From Octopus bimaculoides (taxonomy: Eukaryota), in assembly GCF_001194135.2 (NCBI RefSeq), contig NC_068987.1:1019351-1083350 (forward strand): a stretch of DNA of 64,000 bases. Reading direction: 5' to 3'. Both the position numbers and the translations under genes were made by a program. The notes under the pieces are model-generated. The model had not been told where the DNA came from. It did no database searches and worked only from the letters and a program-made list of their open reading frames with translations. The first letter of the stretch is position 1; each line of letters starts with the position of its first letter. Shown here piece by piece: positions 1 through 13,710 of the stretch.

Positions 1-772
1 GTATGTTGTTTTGGGCGAGAAACCTACGGGTGAAGGGTGCTCAGTGACAGGGTGCATTGTCGTTGTGAAGAATCCAATTCTTCGCACTCCACAGATCCGC
101 AATCAAATGCTTCCAAATATCGCAGAAGAACTCTCGATTGACGGTCTGGCCCTAGGGAACGAGTAATCGATGCACAACACCGCGGATGTCGTAATAATGA
201 CGAGCATGCTGTTGATTCAGCTGCGGCTCTATCGTGCCATCTTCGGTCATGGGAGATGAAGGACTCTGCCATTGTGACGTGCCACCTCTCCTCACTGGTG
301 ATGAAACTCGACATGACGGATCGGTCACCAGCAGGGCGCTGACGGTTATCTTGACAAACATGAGCGCGATGTTCCTTCTGCTCAGTGATCAGCAGGTAGG
401 GGACAAACTTGGCACTAACATGCCACATGTTCAGTTCGGAAGTTAGGATTGCCTGCACGGACCTATACGACAGACTAATCTCAGCAATGTCGTTGATTGT
501 CACCGAAGGACCTCATGCAAAAGCTGTTGAATTCTCCCCATATTTTCGGGGTGGGGGTGGGGTGTGACGCTCATGGCAGGTCTTCCAGGTCGAACATCGT
601 TTTCCAAGGACGTTCTCTCGCATTTGAAGAGCTCGTGCCACTTGAAACATTGCATAGAACCCATTGCCGCATCGCCGCGAGCTAGCCAAGACATGCTCTG
701 TGTCTGTGTAGCAGACTTCCCAAGTTTAACGTAAAATTTCACGTGGGCTCTTTGTTCTAACTTCCTCTCCAT
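1..772 (-). mobile_element. Tc1/mariner (mariner-type) transposase pseudogene, frameshifted, running off the window start
   Basis: Three consecutive minus-strand frames reconstruct a mariner transposase. N-terminal HTH: EQRAHVKFYVKLGKSATQT...FKWHELFK...DVRPGRP. Linker: LNMWHVSAKFVPYLL (WVPH-like). First catalytic motif is degraded to ITSEERW (ITGDETW), followed by YDIRGVVH. The second catalytic motif WILHNDNAPCH lies near bases 40-75. Confidence 0.9.
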
Positions 773-1289
773 GCCAAAATCACAGATTACAGCATAAACG
801 CGATCACAAAGACACAGGTTTCACAACTTGGGAACGATGGTGCTGGGACAGTAAAGACAATAAACACAGTAGTTTTGTTGCAGGCTGTATGTAAACTAAC
901 ATTTTTTGTATCTTCTAAAGATAGTGTTATGAGCCTGAAATATAAAAATATTAAAAAAAAATTTCTGCATTGTTGAAGCTTTCCATATTTCTCATTTCAT
1001 TTATTTTTCTACTTCTATACTACAATGCTTCAAGCGAACTACAACACTCTTCAGATATAAATTATCTTCACTGTCGTTCAAGATTTTCCGTTAGTACATG
1101 ATGGAGCGGAAAATATTGTACGGAGCATAATTCATTATACATTATATAGAATTGTTAGCTGTGACTTATTTCAACAGGGTTGACTGAATAGGATAAAGAT
1201 GAAGGATTGTTTTCATAAATATAAAATCCGTACCTTAGATTAAAACTGCAGACTCTCTAATCCTACACGAAAACATTGAAATGAATGGC

Positions 1290-1780
1290 ATTTCCCACTC
1301 ATCTCACTAAACCCATTAGAATCCCTATGAAATAAGAATAGCAACGCAACACATCTGTCGGAATGAAATCAATCGATATCCCAACACGTCCGCCATATAC
1401 CACTTACAGCCTCACATGAATCATATTTTTCGCATTTGCCGCCAAATAATACAACATCTGATTCTAACAGCACAAACACCGAAATAATCTCCTTAATCAG
1501 CAGACAACGCTCAAACACATGGCATAACAAATACAAAACACAGGCGCCTCCTAACGACCTGACCCAAAGCTATACAACACCTCGTCTGCAAAACCACCAT
1601 CTTCTGTGATAATAGGAAAACTCAAAAAAGCCCGATCCTCTCAAATAATCCTTATGCAATAACATTGTATGACAGATATTGTAAATATCTCCACAAAAAA
1701 TCTCATAACAACGCGAAACTCATTTAGCATACAACTGCAATTCTTAACATCAACACGACAATGCTGCACACATCACTAGA
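1290..1780 (+). mobile_element. possible highly decayed non-LTR retrotransposon 3' end (I/Ingi-like)
   Basis: A/C-rich strand with broken peptides IRIAT... and R..KSPIL...C...H, resembling the RT C-terminus and CCHC region; many stops and frameshifts. Confidence 0.25.
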
Positions 1781-1847
1781 ACCAGCGGATGCACATAGCG
1801 GTGCAATACAAACTCTCTGGGCACAGTTGGGGTCACCGTGACAGAAA

Positions 1848-1998
<151 letters not shown>

Positions 1999-2287
1999 TA
2001 ATAATGGTGATAAAATAATGATTTCTGTTATTAGGCACAATGGTCGATGGCTTTGGGGACATTGCAAGTAAGAAAAACAAAAATAAAAAAAACCAAATCA
2101 GTGCGAGAGGTAGGAGAAAATTTACATGGAAACATAAAGAAATCAATAGTAATAAACCTAATAATAATAATAATAATGATACAGTAATAAGTAAATATAT
2201 TTATAAGTGTGGTTCCATTTATTACCATGAGGCTGACGATTGAGTGGGGTTTCTTTCAGAGATGGAAGCGCGATGAGAACAACAAAT

Positions 2288-2288
2288 G

Positions 2289-2352
<64 letters not shown>

Positions 2353-2492
2353 CATAATAATAATAATACCAACAACGACAAAAGCGACGATAATAATAAC
2401 TGATATGATAATAATATTAACACTGATAACAATAATAATAATAAACTTACTAATAATAGTAATAATAATAATAGTAATAATAATAGTAATAA
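2288..2492. repeat. (AAT)n microsatellite with degenerate tail
   Basis: Directly visible. Confidence 0.95.
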
Positions 2493-2908
2493 TGTGTTTC
2501 TTTATGTGCCTGAGAAGGGAAGGCGGAGGGAGTAGGGTATTGGTAAGAAAGAATAAATAAAATTTGTTTTTTCACACTTGTTTGTGAAAAATCCTATACA
2601 AAAGTATAGCCTCCCTCCCTCCCACCAACTTCTCTTTGCTCAGGAAATGGTATGTCTGGTAGGGCTGAGGAAGGGGTGGCTGGACTAAAATATAAAGATT
2701 AATGGAAAACATGTCCTGAATAGTCGAATAAGAAGCTCTCGCCAGATAATATACTCATGCGTGTGTGTAGACTTACATTCACGCACACACACCTATGTGT
2801 ATGTATATAGATACAATTATATTGATATATAATATTCATAAATACACATGTATAACGTATGTATGCATCTGTGTGCATACATACGTATATATATATATAT
2901 ATGCGGTT

Positions 2909-2944
<36 letters not shown>

Positions 2945-3558
2945 NNNNNNNNNNNNNNNNNNNNNNNNNNNNNNNNNNNNNNNNNNNNNNNNNNNNNNNN
3001 NNNNNNNNNNNNNNNNNNNNNNNNNNNNNNNNNNNNNNNNNNNNNNNNNNNNNNNNNNNNNNNNNNNNNNNNNNNNNNNNNNNNNNNNNNNNNNNNNNNN
3101 NNNNNNNNNNNNNNNNNNNNNNNNNNNNNNNNNNNNNNNNNNNNNNNNNNNNNNNNNNNNNNNNNNNNNNNNNNNNNNNNNNNNNNNNNNNNNNNNNNNN
3201 NNNNNNNNNNNNNNNNNNNNNNNNNNNNNNNNNNNNNNNNNNNNNNNNNNNNNNNNNNNNNNNNNNNNNNNNNNNNNNNNNNNNNNNNNNNNNNNNNNNN
3301 NNNNNNNNNNNNNNNNNNNNNNNNNNNNNNNNNNNNNNNNNNNNNNNNNNNNNNNNNNNNNNNNNNNNNNNNNNNNNNNNNNNNNNNNNNNNNNNNNNNN
3401 NNNNNNNNNNNNNNNNNNNNNNNNNNNNNNNNNNNNNNNNNNNNNNNNNNNNNNNNNNNNNNNNNNNNNNNNNNNNNNNNNNNNNNNNNNNNNNNNNNNN
3501 NNNNNNNNNNNNNNNNNNNNNNNNNNNNNNNNNNNNNNNNNNNNNNNNNNNNNNNNNN
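2945..3558. other. assembly gap (N)
   Basis: N run following (TA)n. Confidence 1.
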
Positions 3559-3663
3559 ATGTTCAAGATTAGGAAAGAAAACAATCATATACAATAGAAA
3601 ATATTGTCAAAGGTAATAATACAAAGAATAGATTTGGAGAAATATATATATATATATATATAT

Positions 3664-3711
<48 letters not shown>

Positions 3712-5041
3712 ATGTGTGGGGATGTGGGGGGTGTGTGATTTTGGGGGAGATAAAGATAGATGAAAGTAATAGAAAAATGATTGGACATGTGATAAAAGAA
3801 ATAGAAGTGATATCATGATGGATATCTGTATAGACATATATCAAGGTTGGTAGCTTACGTTTATGACAGCCATGGACATGTACACAAACGCGCACGCGTA
3901 CACTCACATATACATGCTTACACATGCTTACACACGCAAAAGTACGCCTACACACATACATACTTGAATGAACACACTCCTATATACAAACTTACACGCA
4001 CATCTACATAGATTTCAGTCTACCCGTATTTTATTTGGAAACGCATCTAGACATTCATACACACATGCACACACACACACACACACACACATACACACAC
4101 ATATTTATATATGTATATTTATATAGAAATATGTGTATATATATATATATGTATTTATATATCCATATGTATATATATATATATATGTTTGCATATATAC
4201 ATATATATGTGTATATATATGTGTGTATATATATATATATATATGAATACATTGATATCAATATGTACAGGTATAAATATGTGTGTGTGTTTGTGCATGT
4301 AATCATGTATATTTAAATACAAATAAATATATACGTGCGCACGCGCCTATATGTATGCATGCAATCATTGTATGTTACATAATTCAATCTATGATGTCTA
4401 TTACATTAGTGTATATATCCTATATTGCATCTGTCGCTGTTGTCTTCTGTAAAAGCCAATCACATTCGGATTGTTCAGATTCTTCCAAGATAACGTTTCA
4501 GAGACGCGTCTTTGAGTTGGACTTCATTTCTTCAGTGATTCCGGTTTGCATATAAGCCTTTTGGGAGATGCGTGGGTGCATATCAAAGCCTATTTTAACA
4601 TCATGTATATATATATAAATAAATATGCGTGTGAGTGTGTGTGTTTGTATGTGTGTGTGTGTTTCTGTGTGCATGTGTGCATGCATGGTTTATCCTCCTA
4701 TCCACTTTGGTATTATCTATAATGCAAATATAGATGTATATTTGTCTAGTTCTACGTACATGGCTTTGTTCCTTTGTTTACGGCTGTGAACAGATGCATC
4801 TTTTAGGAATGTCTGGTGTTTGATGAAACAGATGTATACAGATACCTATGCTTTTGCCTGCTTCTATATATACACACTCATTTCTACATACATTTTTTGT
4901 TGACGTTCTCATAGTTGCTTTATTATATTCAGTTTATTATTTTTTTTAAGTTCTGTCTTTAGGATTTTTTGCGGGTTCCAAATTTTTTTCTCTATACCGA
5001 TATCTTTCCAGTGAGAACATGTCTGTGTATACATATATCTA

Positions 5042-5043
5042 AT

Positions 5044-5111
<68 letters not shown>
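5042..5111. repeat. (TCTA)n tetranucleotide microsatellite
   Basis: Directly visible. Confidence 0.95.
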
Positions 5112-5112
<1 letters not shown>

Positions 5113-5295
5113 AAAGAGTGAGAGAGAGATAGATATACATACGTATGTATTCTGTAAATGTATAAATATATATGTATATACATATGTTTAAATATGTAAG
5201 TATGTATACATACATATATGTATACATATGTATATATCTATGCATGCACACATCACGCACGCACCCACACGTATGTATGTATGTATGTGTGTGTG

Positions 5296-5336
<41 letters not shown>

Positions 5337-5877
5337 TCATCTGTGTTCCATAATAAATACATATATACATATATAAACACATATATGTGCTATGTTTGAT
5401 ACTGTTGTTTTCGTTTGAGATAAAATCCCTTCATAAACTTGTGTAAAAAATGCAGTGTATCTCCATCGGAGCGCGGGGAACATCGTTGCAGCCGTGACAC
5501 ACAAGAGCAATTGGTATGATCTAAACTGAGGCTTGGAATTAAGTTTAATGCTTTTTCATTTGTAATCGCCGCCATTTCCTACAACACCGAAAGCTCCCGA
5601 AACAGCACAGAATGTATAATTCACTATTTGAAAGCACGAATTTTTTTCTTGCTTTGTTGTCTGCACTGAGAAGCTCCAGTTGAGGAGAGGCATGCCTGTT
5701 GTTCTTGTGATTTAAATCTGGCTCGATGATCATATGCTTCCGACATATGTTGGGTCTTTAACACAACGTCAAAAGCAACATCATGCCTTTAAACGGTGTA
5801 TATACATTTAGTATGACATCCTGTTTCAAATGCGCCTATCAATGCATACATTCATAAATAAATCCATGTGCATATAT

Positions 5878-5962
5878 GAAAACCAAAATCGACCTCGGCA
5901 GAATTTGAACTTAGAACATGAAGATGGACAAAATGCCGCTAAGCATTTTCCCTGGCGTGTAA
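5878..5962 (-). mobile_element. SINE family B fragment
   Basis: The reverse complement reads aaatgcttagcggcattt...gttctaagttcaaattctgccgaggtcgatttt, matching copies at 7384, 50305 and 63703. Confidence 0.75.
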
Positions 5963-7383
5963 AATAAAATATATATTAACTGAAGTTTGGTATTACAGTT
6001 TTTTTATGATTTCATTAAATACCTAGACCTGTTGACGCTTCTACTCAACAACGAAACGTGGACTTTACTGAACTTGTCAAAGAAGTTGCGGACGATTTAC
6101 AAAGTAAATGTAAACGATTGTGCACTAATTTGTGTTAGAAAACAGAAATGATAACGGAAAAATTCCAAAGAGATACCATAAGCGGGGAAAATCGTTATTT
6201 AGGTTAAAGTTTATATATTTCATGTATGCAAAACCCATTAAATAAAATCTAAAGAGAAATAATTACTTAATGGAGGTAAAAACTTTGTGAGAAAGAGATT
6301 TTCGTCAATGAATAGAAGAAGTACGTGAGGCAACTCGTCACACGTTTTGTTTTATCTCAGCGAAATATCAACAAGTCTGTATTCTCTAATGTATTGTATT
6401 AGTAAATACAAAGACTATACATTAGTTGGGGAGGGGTTGGTGGTGAAAATGAAGTTGCTGGTAGAATCCCACAGATAACGTATCTTCGTTATTCAGACTA
6501 TTAAACAGCTAAGTGTCCTCTGCTTACACATTTCACCATTTTCTGCTGTGTTACGGTAATAAGATTGTAACTTGACATTAGCTTGATGCAGTGCAACAGC
6601 AGCATAATGGAACGGTGACGGTGACTTCACATCAAAGTGACATTAACTTCACATTGACGTGAAAATATCTTAATGTCAAGGTGACGGTAATTTGACAGTA
6701 ACGTGACAGTGACTTTGTGACAGTTTGACGTGACAACAACGTAGCGTAACGTGACACGAACAATAAGGTGTCGGGGACGTGTTAGCAACGTGACAATAAC
6801 GTCACACAGATAGTCGACACTCGACGCCAAATATCAGCTACGAGCTGCGATGTTTACTCGCGTTCATTAAAGAAGAGATAACTGTAATGATAGATGAGAA
6901 AATTCTCTGACAAGAGAAACAGCTGCAAGGTGAACAAGACGAAGTAATATGTGACTTATTGACTCAGGTGTTTTACTGGGGAATCCTTAATCAAATATCG
7001 TTGCTTCACGTTGTTATCACTGACAGCTATTTACTGACAAACGCCGAACGCTTTTACTTTCGCTGTTGCTTCATTGAAAATGAATTAACATTTTCACAAC
7101 TGACTTAGTTAATGTGTTTCTTACATTAGCCGACTCTTCTAATAATAATACTTCCACTACGCTACACTTCACTACTTTATACTTCACTACATTATAATAA
7201 ACTATATAACACATCCTTCTCTATCACACACTCACTCACTCATTCTTTCCTTTCTTTATTTTTACTTTCTTTCTTTCATTTTTCTTTCCATCCTTCTTTT
7301 CCTTTCTCATACACGCACACACATACACACACACAGTATCCTCTGATGGTTGCTATTGCTGAAACTTAGTCATAAGAACACGT

Positions 7384-7575
7384 GATCTGGCAGAATCGTT
7401 CGCACGCCGGGGAAAAATGCTTAGCGACATCTCATCCATCTTTACGTTCTGAGTTCAAATTCCACCGGAGTCGACTTTAGCTTTCATCCTTTCGGGGTCG
7501 GTAAAATAAATACCAATTGAGTACTGGGGTCGATGTAATCGATTGTACCCCTCAAATTATATCGTAGCTTCGAGA
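7384..7575 (+). mobile_element. tRNA-type SINE, family B, near full length
   Basis: ctggcagaatcgtt (A-box-like)...gagttcaaattcc (B-box-like)...tttcatcctttcggggtcg...tactggggtcgatgtaatcga; the same string recurs several times in the window. Confidence 0.85.
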
Positions 7576-8789
7576 TCTCAATAATATGTTTCTTTATTTT
7601 TAGAATGACATTGTAGTATAGGAGTGAGAGGCCAGATCTGGTTGATTCCAACAAAATACAGGTAGAATATTTGGGTCGCATAAACAATTGGTGGAATCGT
7701 TTGAACAGTGGTCGAATCCCGGTAGAGCCAATTTTCATTTTTATGCTTCTGAAGTGAATAAAAACAATTACAGATGGATTCCGGTTTCAATCGAAATAAT
7801 TGATTCCCACCCGTATACCGAATGTGTGATGGGGTAGAATTATTGTTACGTATTAACATGGTAGTTTTGTGGGACTCAATAGAATTGAAGATCACCTACT
7901 CCAGTACAGAACGGGTATATATTTGCATGATCGGTGTCAGACACTTTATTGCTATCACCACTTATGACAATATTTCTGTTAATCCTAGATTGCTTCTGAT
8001 GATAGCTCAGTCTACTTGACTCTCTCATACCCACATACTGCAAGATTATAACGTGCTACTTTACTTCCATGTGCCTACATATTCCAACTACTTATATACA
8101 TATACCACCGCGTGTGTATGTATTACTGCTGCAGTATTTGGTCTTTGGTTATCTCTAATTAAACAACACCGGAAAAACAAAGCATTTCTGGCATCATCCC
8201 ACTACCTTATATTCTGCCACCCGTGGCAAGATATTTCAGTAAACGTAGAGTGGGTGAATGGGTCTCCGTCTATAAAAGGTATTTATATTAGTACATATGA
8301 TATATGTGACTACGTATAAAACAAGCACGTACTCACATACACACGCGTGTATGTGTCTGTGTGTGTATTTCTATCCACCCCTAGAGGCGGTCACATTGAC
8401 ATCCTCCTACACAGACATGTGACAACATTACTATGCATAACACCAGAAGCCTCTAACTCTCCCCTCCATTCGCCCCCACCTAACTCTCGCCTTCTCTCTC
8501 TCTTTCTCTCTCTCTCTCTCAGTCACCCTCTCTCTTTCTATCTTTAACAGATACGTACATACACACATATATTATTACGTTGTAGTGCTTATAATGCACA
8601 CATTTATATATTAATGAATTTTTCTGCCTACCAGCAAATTAATTTACTTGTATTTAATTGTTTAAATACCTCAAATTCCTCTGAGGGAGACAGAACTCAA
8701 TAACACTTCTTCACCGCGCCATTATCTATACCCAACATACCATTCTACACGGTAATTAAAAAATTAATAATCATAATATTGATTTCTAA

Positions 8790-8975
8790 CATCGGCACAA
8801 TACCAAACATTTTCGGGGAGGTGCCAATCGATTGTTTTGACATCAGTACTTGATTGCTGCATCGAGTCAAAGAGTCTACAAAATTGAAGAGTAAAGCCGA
8901 CTTCAGCGGGAATTGAACTTTGGGCATAAGCAGACGTAACTAAATATTCAGCGCAATTTGTCCACCACACTATTC
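8790..8975 (-). mobile_element. SINE family B, diverged copy
   Basis: aaagccgacttcagcgggaattgaact and ggcacaa...ggggagg...aatcgatt...gac-tcagtac are reverse complements of family B blocks. Confidence 0.6.
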
Positions 8976-9014
8976 GCATCCTACTTGCTCTCTATAAGTG
9001 TACATTCCACCCAA

Positions 9015-9048
<34 letters not shown>

Positions 9049-9089
9049 ACCCACCCACATACACACACATATATATGATCTATATATAT

Positions 9090-9342
9090 GGAGGCGCAAT
9101 GGCCCAGTGGTTAGGGCAGCGGACTCGCTGTCATAGGATCGCGGTTTCGATTCCCAGACCGGGCGTTGTGAGTGTTTATTGAGCGCAAACACCTAAAGCT
9201 CCACGAAGCTCCGGCAGGGGATGGTGGCGAACCCTGCTATACTCTTCCACCACAACTTTCTCTCACTCTTTCTTCCTGTTTCGGTTGTGCCTGTAATTCA
9301 AAGGGTCAGCCTTGTCACACTGTGTCACGCTGAATATCCCCG
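9090..9342 (+). mobile_element. tRNA-derived SINE, family C (3' truncated)
   Basis: A box TGGCCCAGTGG (9100-9110) and B box GGTTTCGATTCCC (9143-9155). The body is collinear with the copy at 14828-15095. Confidence 0.85.
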
Positions 9343-9505
9343 TATTCTGCGTGTTGCTCGAAAGTTTAGTTTGCAATGCTTGCAGTCACGTAAGCTTGTG
9401 AAGGGCAGAGCTCATTAGCCACCAACGGAGCCGCAAATGCAAAATATAAAGTCAGACCTAGAGCGCACAATGGTCTTCCTTGGTCACGAGTGGACGGTCA
9501 TCATG
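9343..9505 (+). mobile_element. RTE-clade LINE extreme 3' end
   Basis: Translates LVCNACSHVSL*RAELISHQRSRKC (RTE C-terminal CxxC...SH zinc-finger-like motif), then a short 3' UTR ending gtcttcctt...gagtggacggtcatcat. Confidence 0.6.
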
Positions 9506-10150
9506 TATGTATATACGCCTGTGAACCTGTTTGTTGCTGTTGTATTTTGTGAAAATGATTGAACTGTGTGGTGTGGAATATTTGTCTTAGAGTAGCACTA
9601 CCACAAATTATGGAGCTGTAGTGGTAGTTGTGAAGGAGACGGTGGTGAGGAGGGTGACACATATCGAAGTGACGTCATTGTTGTGAGATGTAGGAGTGGT
9701 AGTAATGAGAGTGGCGGTAGGAGCTGGGATTATATTGAATATACTATTTACCGTAGTGGTGAGGGTAGGATGTTGTGCATTATGGAAACAGATGCAGAGA
9801 GGATAATGGTGGCGGATTTTGTACTGCTTCCGGTGTAGTTGGAGACGATGTTGGCGGTGGTGGTGGTGGTGGTGGTCACGGTATTGTATGAAAGGGTAAT
9901 AATGGTAGTACATGTTATGGTGGTAGAGATTGTGATGGTGATGGTCTTAATAACTTGAGGACGGTGGTGTTGGTGGTAGTTCATGCAGACGAGTGATGTA
10001 TTGAAAGTGATTGCTCGAACTGAGCGAAATCAACTATTTGCGCGCGCGCACACACACGCACGCACGCACGCACACGCAAGTAATCACAAATGTGTATATA
10101 TGTGTATATATGTGTATATGTATATATATATATATATATANNNNNNNNNN

Positions 10151-10188
<38 letters not shown>

Positions 10189-10928
10189 GTATATATGAAT
10201 ATTAAATAGTAATAACAAAAATATTTACAATAAATAATAATAATAATAATAATAATGATGATAATAATAATAATGATAATAATAATAATGATAATAATAA
10301 TAATAATAATAATGAAAATAATAATGATAATAATAACCGTTGAATATTTTTAAGATATGTCATAGAAAGTTAGTGATACGAATGAGTTATTTTATAAGAT
10401 AGTACGGTAGATAGTTCTAAGAATAACAACAACAACACCAGCAGCAACCACAACAACAACAACAACAACAGTATATGTATAGTAACAACTACAACGACAA
10501 CATTTGCTGCAAAAAATGAGAGAAAATAAAGCACAAGAATGGCCGCCAAATGCAACAACTTAAAAAAAGAGTAACAAGAATTAATAGAAACTGGAAACTG
10601 GAGTAAGAAAAAAACTGTATAAAAATATGTTCTTAAGCGATTACTATTTGTTGCGTGTATGTGTGTGAGTGTGTGTGTGAGAGTGTGTGTTAGTGTGTGT
10701 GTAAGTATTTAGATGGTGTAAACAACTGCATGTATGTGTTCCTGACTGTTATCTTTTACAGAAATATATATATAACAGTAATATATATATATATACATAC
10801 ATACATGCATAAGGGTAAATACGTGCATCTGTGATTATACATTATAAATTAACTTAGAAAATATATGTACATATATATGTGCGTGTAGGTGTGTGTGTTT
10901 GTATAAATATGTATGTATAAATATCTGA

Positions 10929-10974
<46 letters not shown>

Positions 10975-11389
10975 GTAAATACAAGTATATACAAACACCA
11001 TAACGCATGTATATATAAGGATATATATGTGTATGTATGTATGTATGTATATTCAGTATGCTTACAACTCTCTACCAATAATTTGAGTCTTAAATGAGTG
11101 TTTATTGATTTTCAATGGTTTGGATATGTGTATTTATGGCTTGATAGAATTATCAATATTCAAACGTACAGAGATATGGATAGGTATACTTGGCCATCTC
11201 TCTCTCTCCTCTTCCCTCGCTTTTTATATATATCTATATATGTGTGTGTGTGTGAGTGTGTTTGTGTGTGTGTATGTGTGTATGTGTGTTTGTATGTGTG
11301 TGTGTGTGTGTGTGTGTATGTATACGCATATTCGCGCACATCTTGTTTTATCATTCCATTGACCAGATTCCTAGATGTCCATCTGAATA

Positions 11390-11800
11390 ACTGGTGACAG
11401 ACACCTCTCCCTATCTCTTGTATATCATTTGAAAACTTCGTAGGTCAAGCTGTTGTCTGTGAAATTGAGAACATGTTTAGCCCAATGGAACTTGGGATTT
11501 TGGCGTTCAGTGATCACCTCGTGCATTCCAGTCCGTTTTCCAATTATTTCGTTTCAGATATGTTCCCGTAATAGTAAACCTAGCATGGATTTTTTCGTGC
11601 CAATCTGTGATACCTTTGTGCGTTTCTAGATACATGTTTTGCTGATTAACCTAAATACCTCAGCTAACAATAGTGTAGTTGACGCCCATTTATATTCAAT
11701 GTCTAACTCTGAGATTAATTTCATAATATTTGCTCTGGATTCTTACTGATGTTAGCTTGTAAGACCCAAACCATGAAAATCTGAACGGTAAATAATTGTT
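11390..11800 (-). mobile_element. RTE-clade LINE reverse transcriptase C-terminal remnant
   Basis: Minus frame SMLGLLLREHI*NEIIGKRTGMHEVITERQNPKFHWAKHVLNFTDNSLTYEVFK*YTRD parallels the RTE motif MLGxxLxDxIRNExIRxRTxVxDV...KWxWAGHVxRxxDNRWT. Confidence 0.65.
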
Positions 11801-11854
11801 TGCAGAATTTGGCGTAAAAATCATCCGAAGGAATGGAGACTATATATGTGTGAA

Positions 11855-11905
<51 letters not shown>

Positions 11906-11918
11906 GCATGTGTGTGCA

Positions 11919-12141
<223 letters not shown>

Positions 12142-12445
12142 CGTTGCTTTTGTATTGATGAATTTGTTTCTTGATTAAAGGTAATCAAATTCCTAAAAAA
12201 TGCAGGAAGCAAATCGATGCAAATATTGGTGAAATCAGTGCAAGCATTTTAAATTTGAGTTTCGAGAGAGGAAATCTAAAAATATAAAAAAATAAATTTG
12301 TTATCTTTAAAATTGACCTTCACTTTATTTCAAGTTTAACAAAACTAATTGCAGAAATTTAAGAACGGACAGTTAACAGGGTGAAGAATAGTGAGGTGGA
12401 GCCGAAATTATGTGAGTGTGTCTGTCTGTCTGTCTATCTATTTAT

Positions 12446-12520
<75 letters not shown>

Positions 12521-12522
12521 CA

Positions 12523-12615
12523 CTTTATTATTAAAACTGCAAAAACATCACAAAGATATCATTAAAATCTTTGCGATATTTTTCTGATGTTTTTGCAGCT
12601 TTAATAATGATAAAG
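12523..12615. mobile_element. small fold-back / MITE-like inverted repeat
   Basis: ttattaaaactgcaaaaacatca is the inverse of tgatgtttttgcagctttaataa (one mismatch), with a ~35-bp spacer. Confidence 0.55.
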
Positions 12616-12736
12616 CATATTACTCTATCTCCGGTATTCGAGTACTATTTTCTCCCACCTTGTTTCTAATTTAGGTACTTACACTGGTATATATACATAC
12701 ATACATATATATATATATACATACACATATACATAT

Positions 12737-12789
<53 letters not shown>

Positions 12790-12841
12790 TATACATTTAT
12801 ATACATGTATNNNNNNNNNNATTTATATACATGTCTGAATG

Positions 12842-12885
<44 letters not shown>

Positions 12886-12894
12886 CCTCTTTAT

Positions 12895-13120
12895 TTTGCA
12901 CTAGTTTGGCTAAACTAATTTGGTCCTTAAAAACCAATAATAAAAAAAATTAAAATTACCTGGGAAGTAATTAGTAGAGTCAATCCATGTAGTAGAGGAA
13001 GCAAATGGTTGAATTGTGTGCGGAAGAAATTTTCCAAATTCTTACATCAAAATTCAAATTAGGAAACCATAGACACGAGACGTTGTATTCTTCACGCTAA
13101 ACACATGTTTCATATATCTG
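12895..13120 (+). mobile_element. Penelope-like element, GIY-YIG endonuclease C-terminal remnant
   Basis: TSLAKLIWSLKTNN/KITWEVISRVNPCSRGSK...CAEEIFQIL, matching the PLE motif TxLSxYIWxLK...WxI...PY...KxCxLCxxEK. Confidence 0.7.
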
Positions 13121-13710
13121 TAGAATATATAATATTAGAAGTAGAACTAGAATCCAGTCAACAATAGCAAATCGAGACGGTAATTTAATATAAAAACTCC
13201 TACATTAATTACTCCTATTCTAAAGATTACAGAACAATTTGCGAATATAATTAACAATATCCTTAAATTTAGAAAAATTTAATTATAAAATTACCAAATT
13301 AAGTAATAGACTTATAGCTTATTACTTACTATAATAATAAGAGTTGTAGAGGTAGGAATACTAGGAAGAGGTATGATAATAACAGTAAAAAACATATTTA
13401 AGCTAACCTGATTCTAAGGATTAATTCTTGCACTCACCATTTGAGAATGGTCTTTGTCTGAAAACCGCTTAAAATTCCTTGGATAGCCAGTCAATTTGTT
13501 TTTCACTCGTTGAGTTGAAAAGATTACGATCTAGGCGATTTTCGGAACAATAACAACACCACGTGTATATCGGCTGGACTTGTATTTAAATTAGATTCTA
13601 TCTGAACAATGCAGCTGTCACCACCCGGAGAAAGCGGCATGTAACAATAAATGCACATAATGATGCAAATTTTGCAGTTTGCATTAGCTGCTCCAGAAAT
13701 ATGTCTGGGT

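Noticed and set aside
546-565. G-rich tract as a G-quadruplex
   Set aside because: Only three G runs, inside the mariner remnant.
4485-4545. Minus-strand CTGAAGA...GAAACGTT
   Set aside because: Stem I and the base of stem II do not pair; likely chance.
9090-9165. SINE heads (also 33369 and 57301) as tRNA genes
   Set aside because: A and B boxes are present, but there is no closed cloverleaf or acceptor stem, and the sequence continues into a repeated SINE body.
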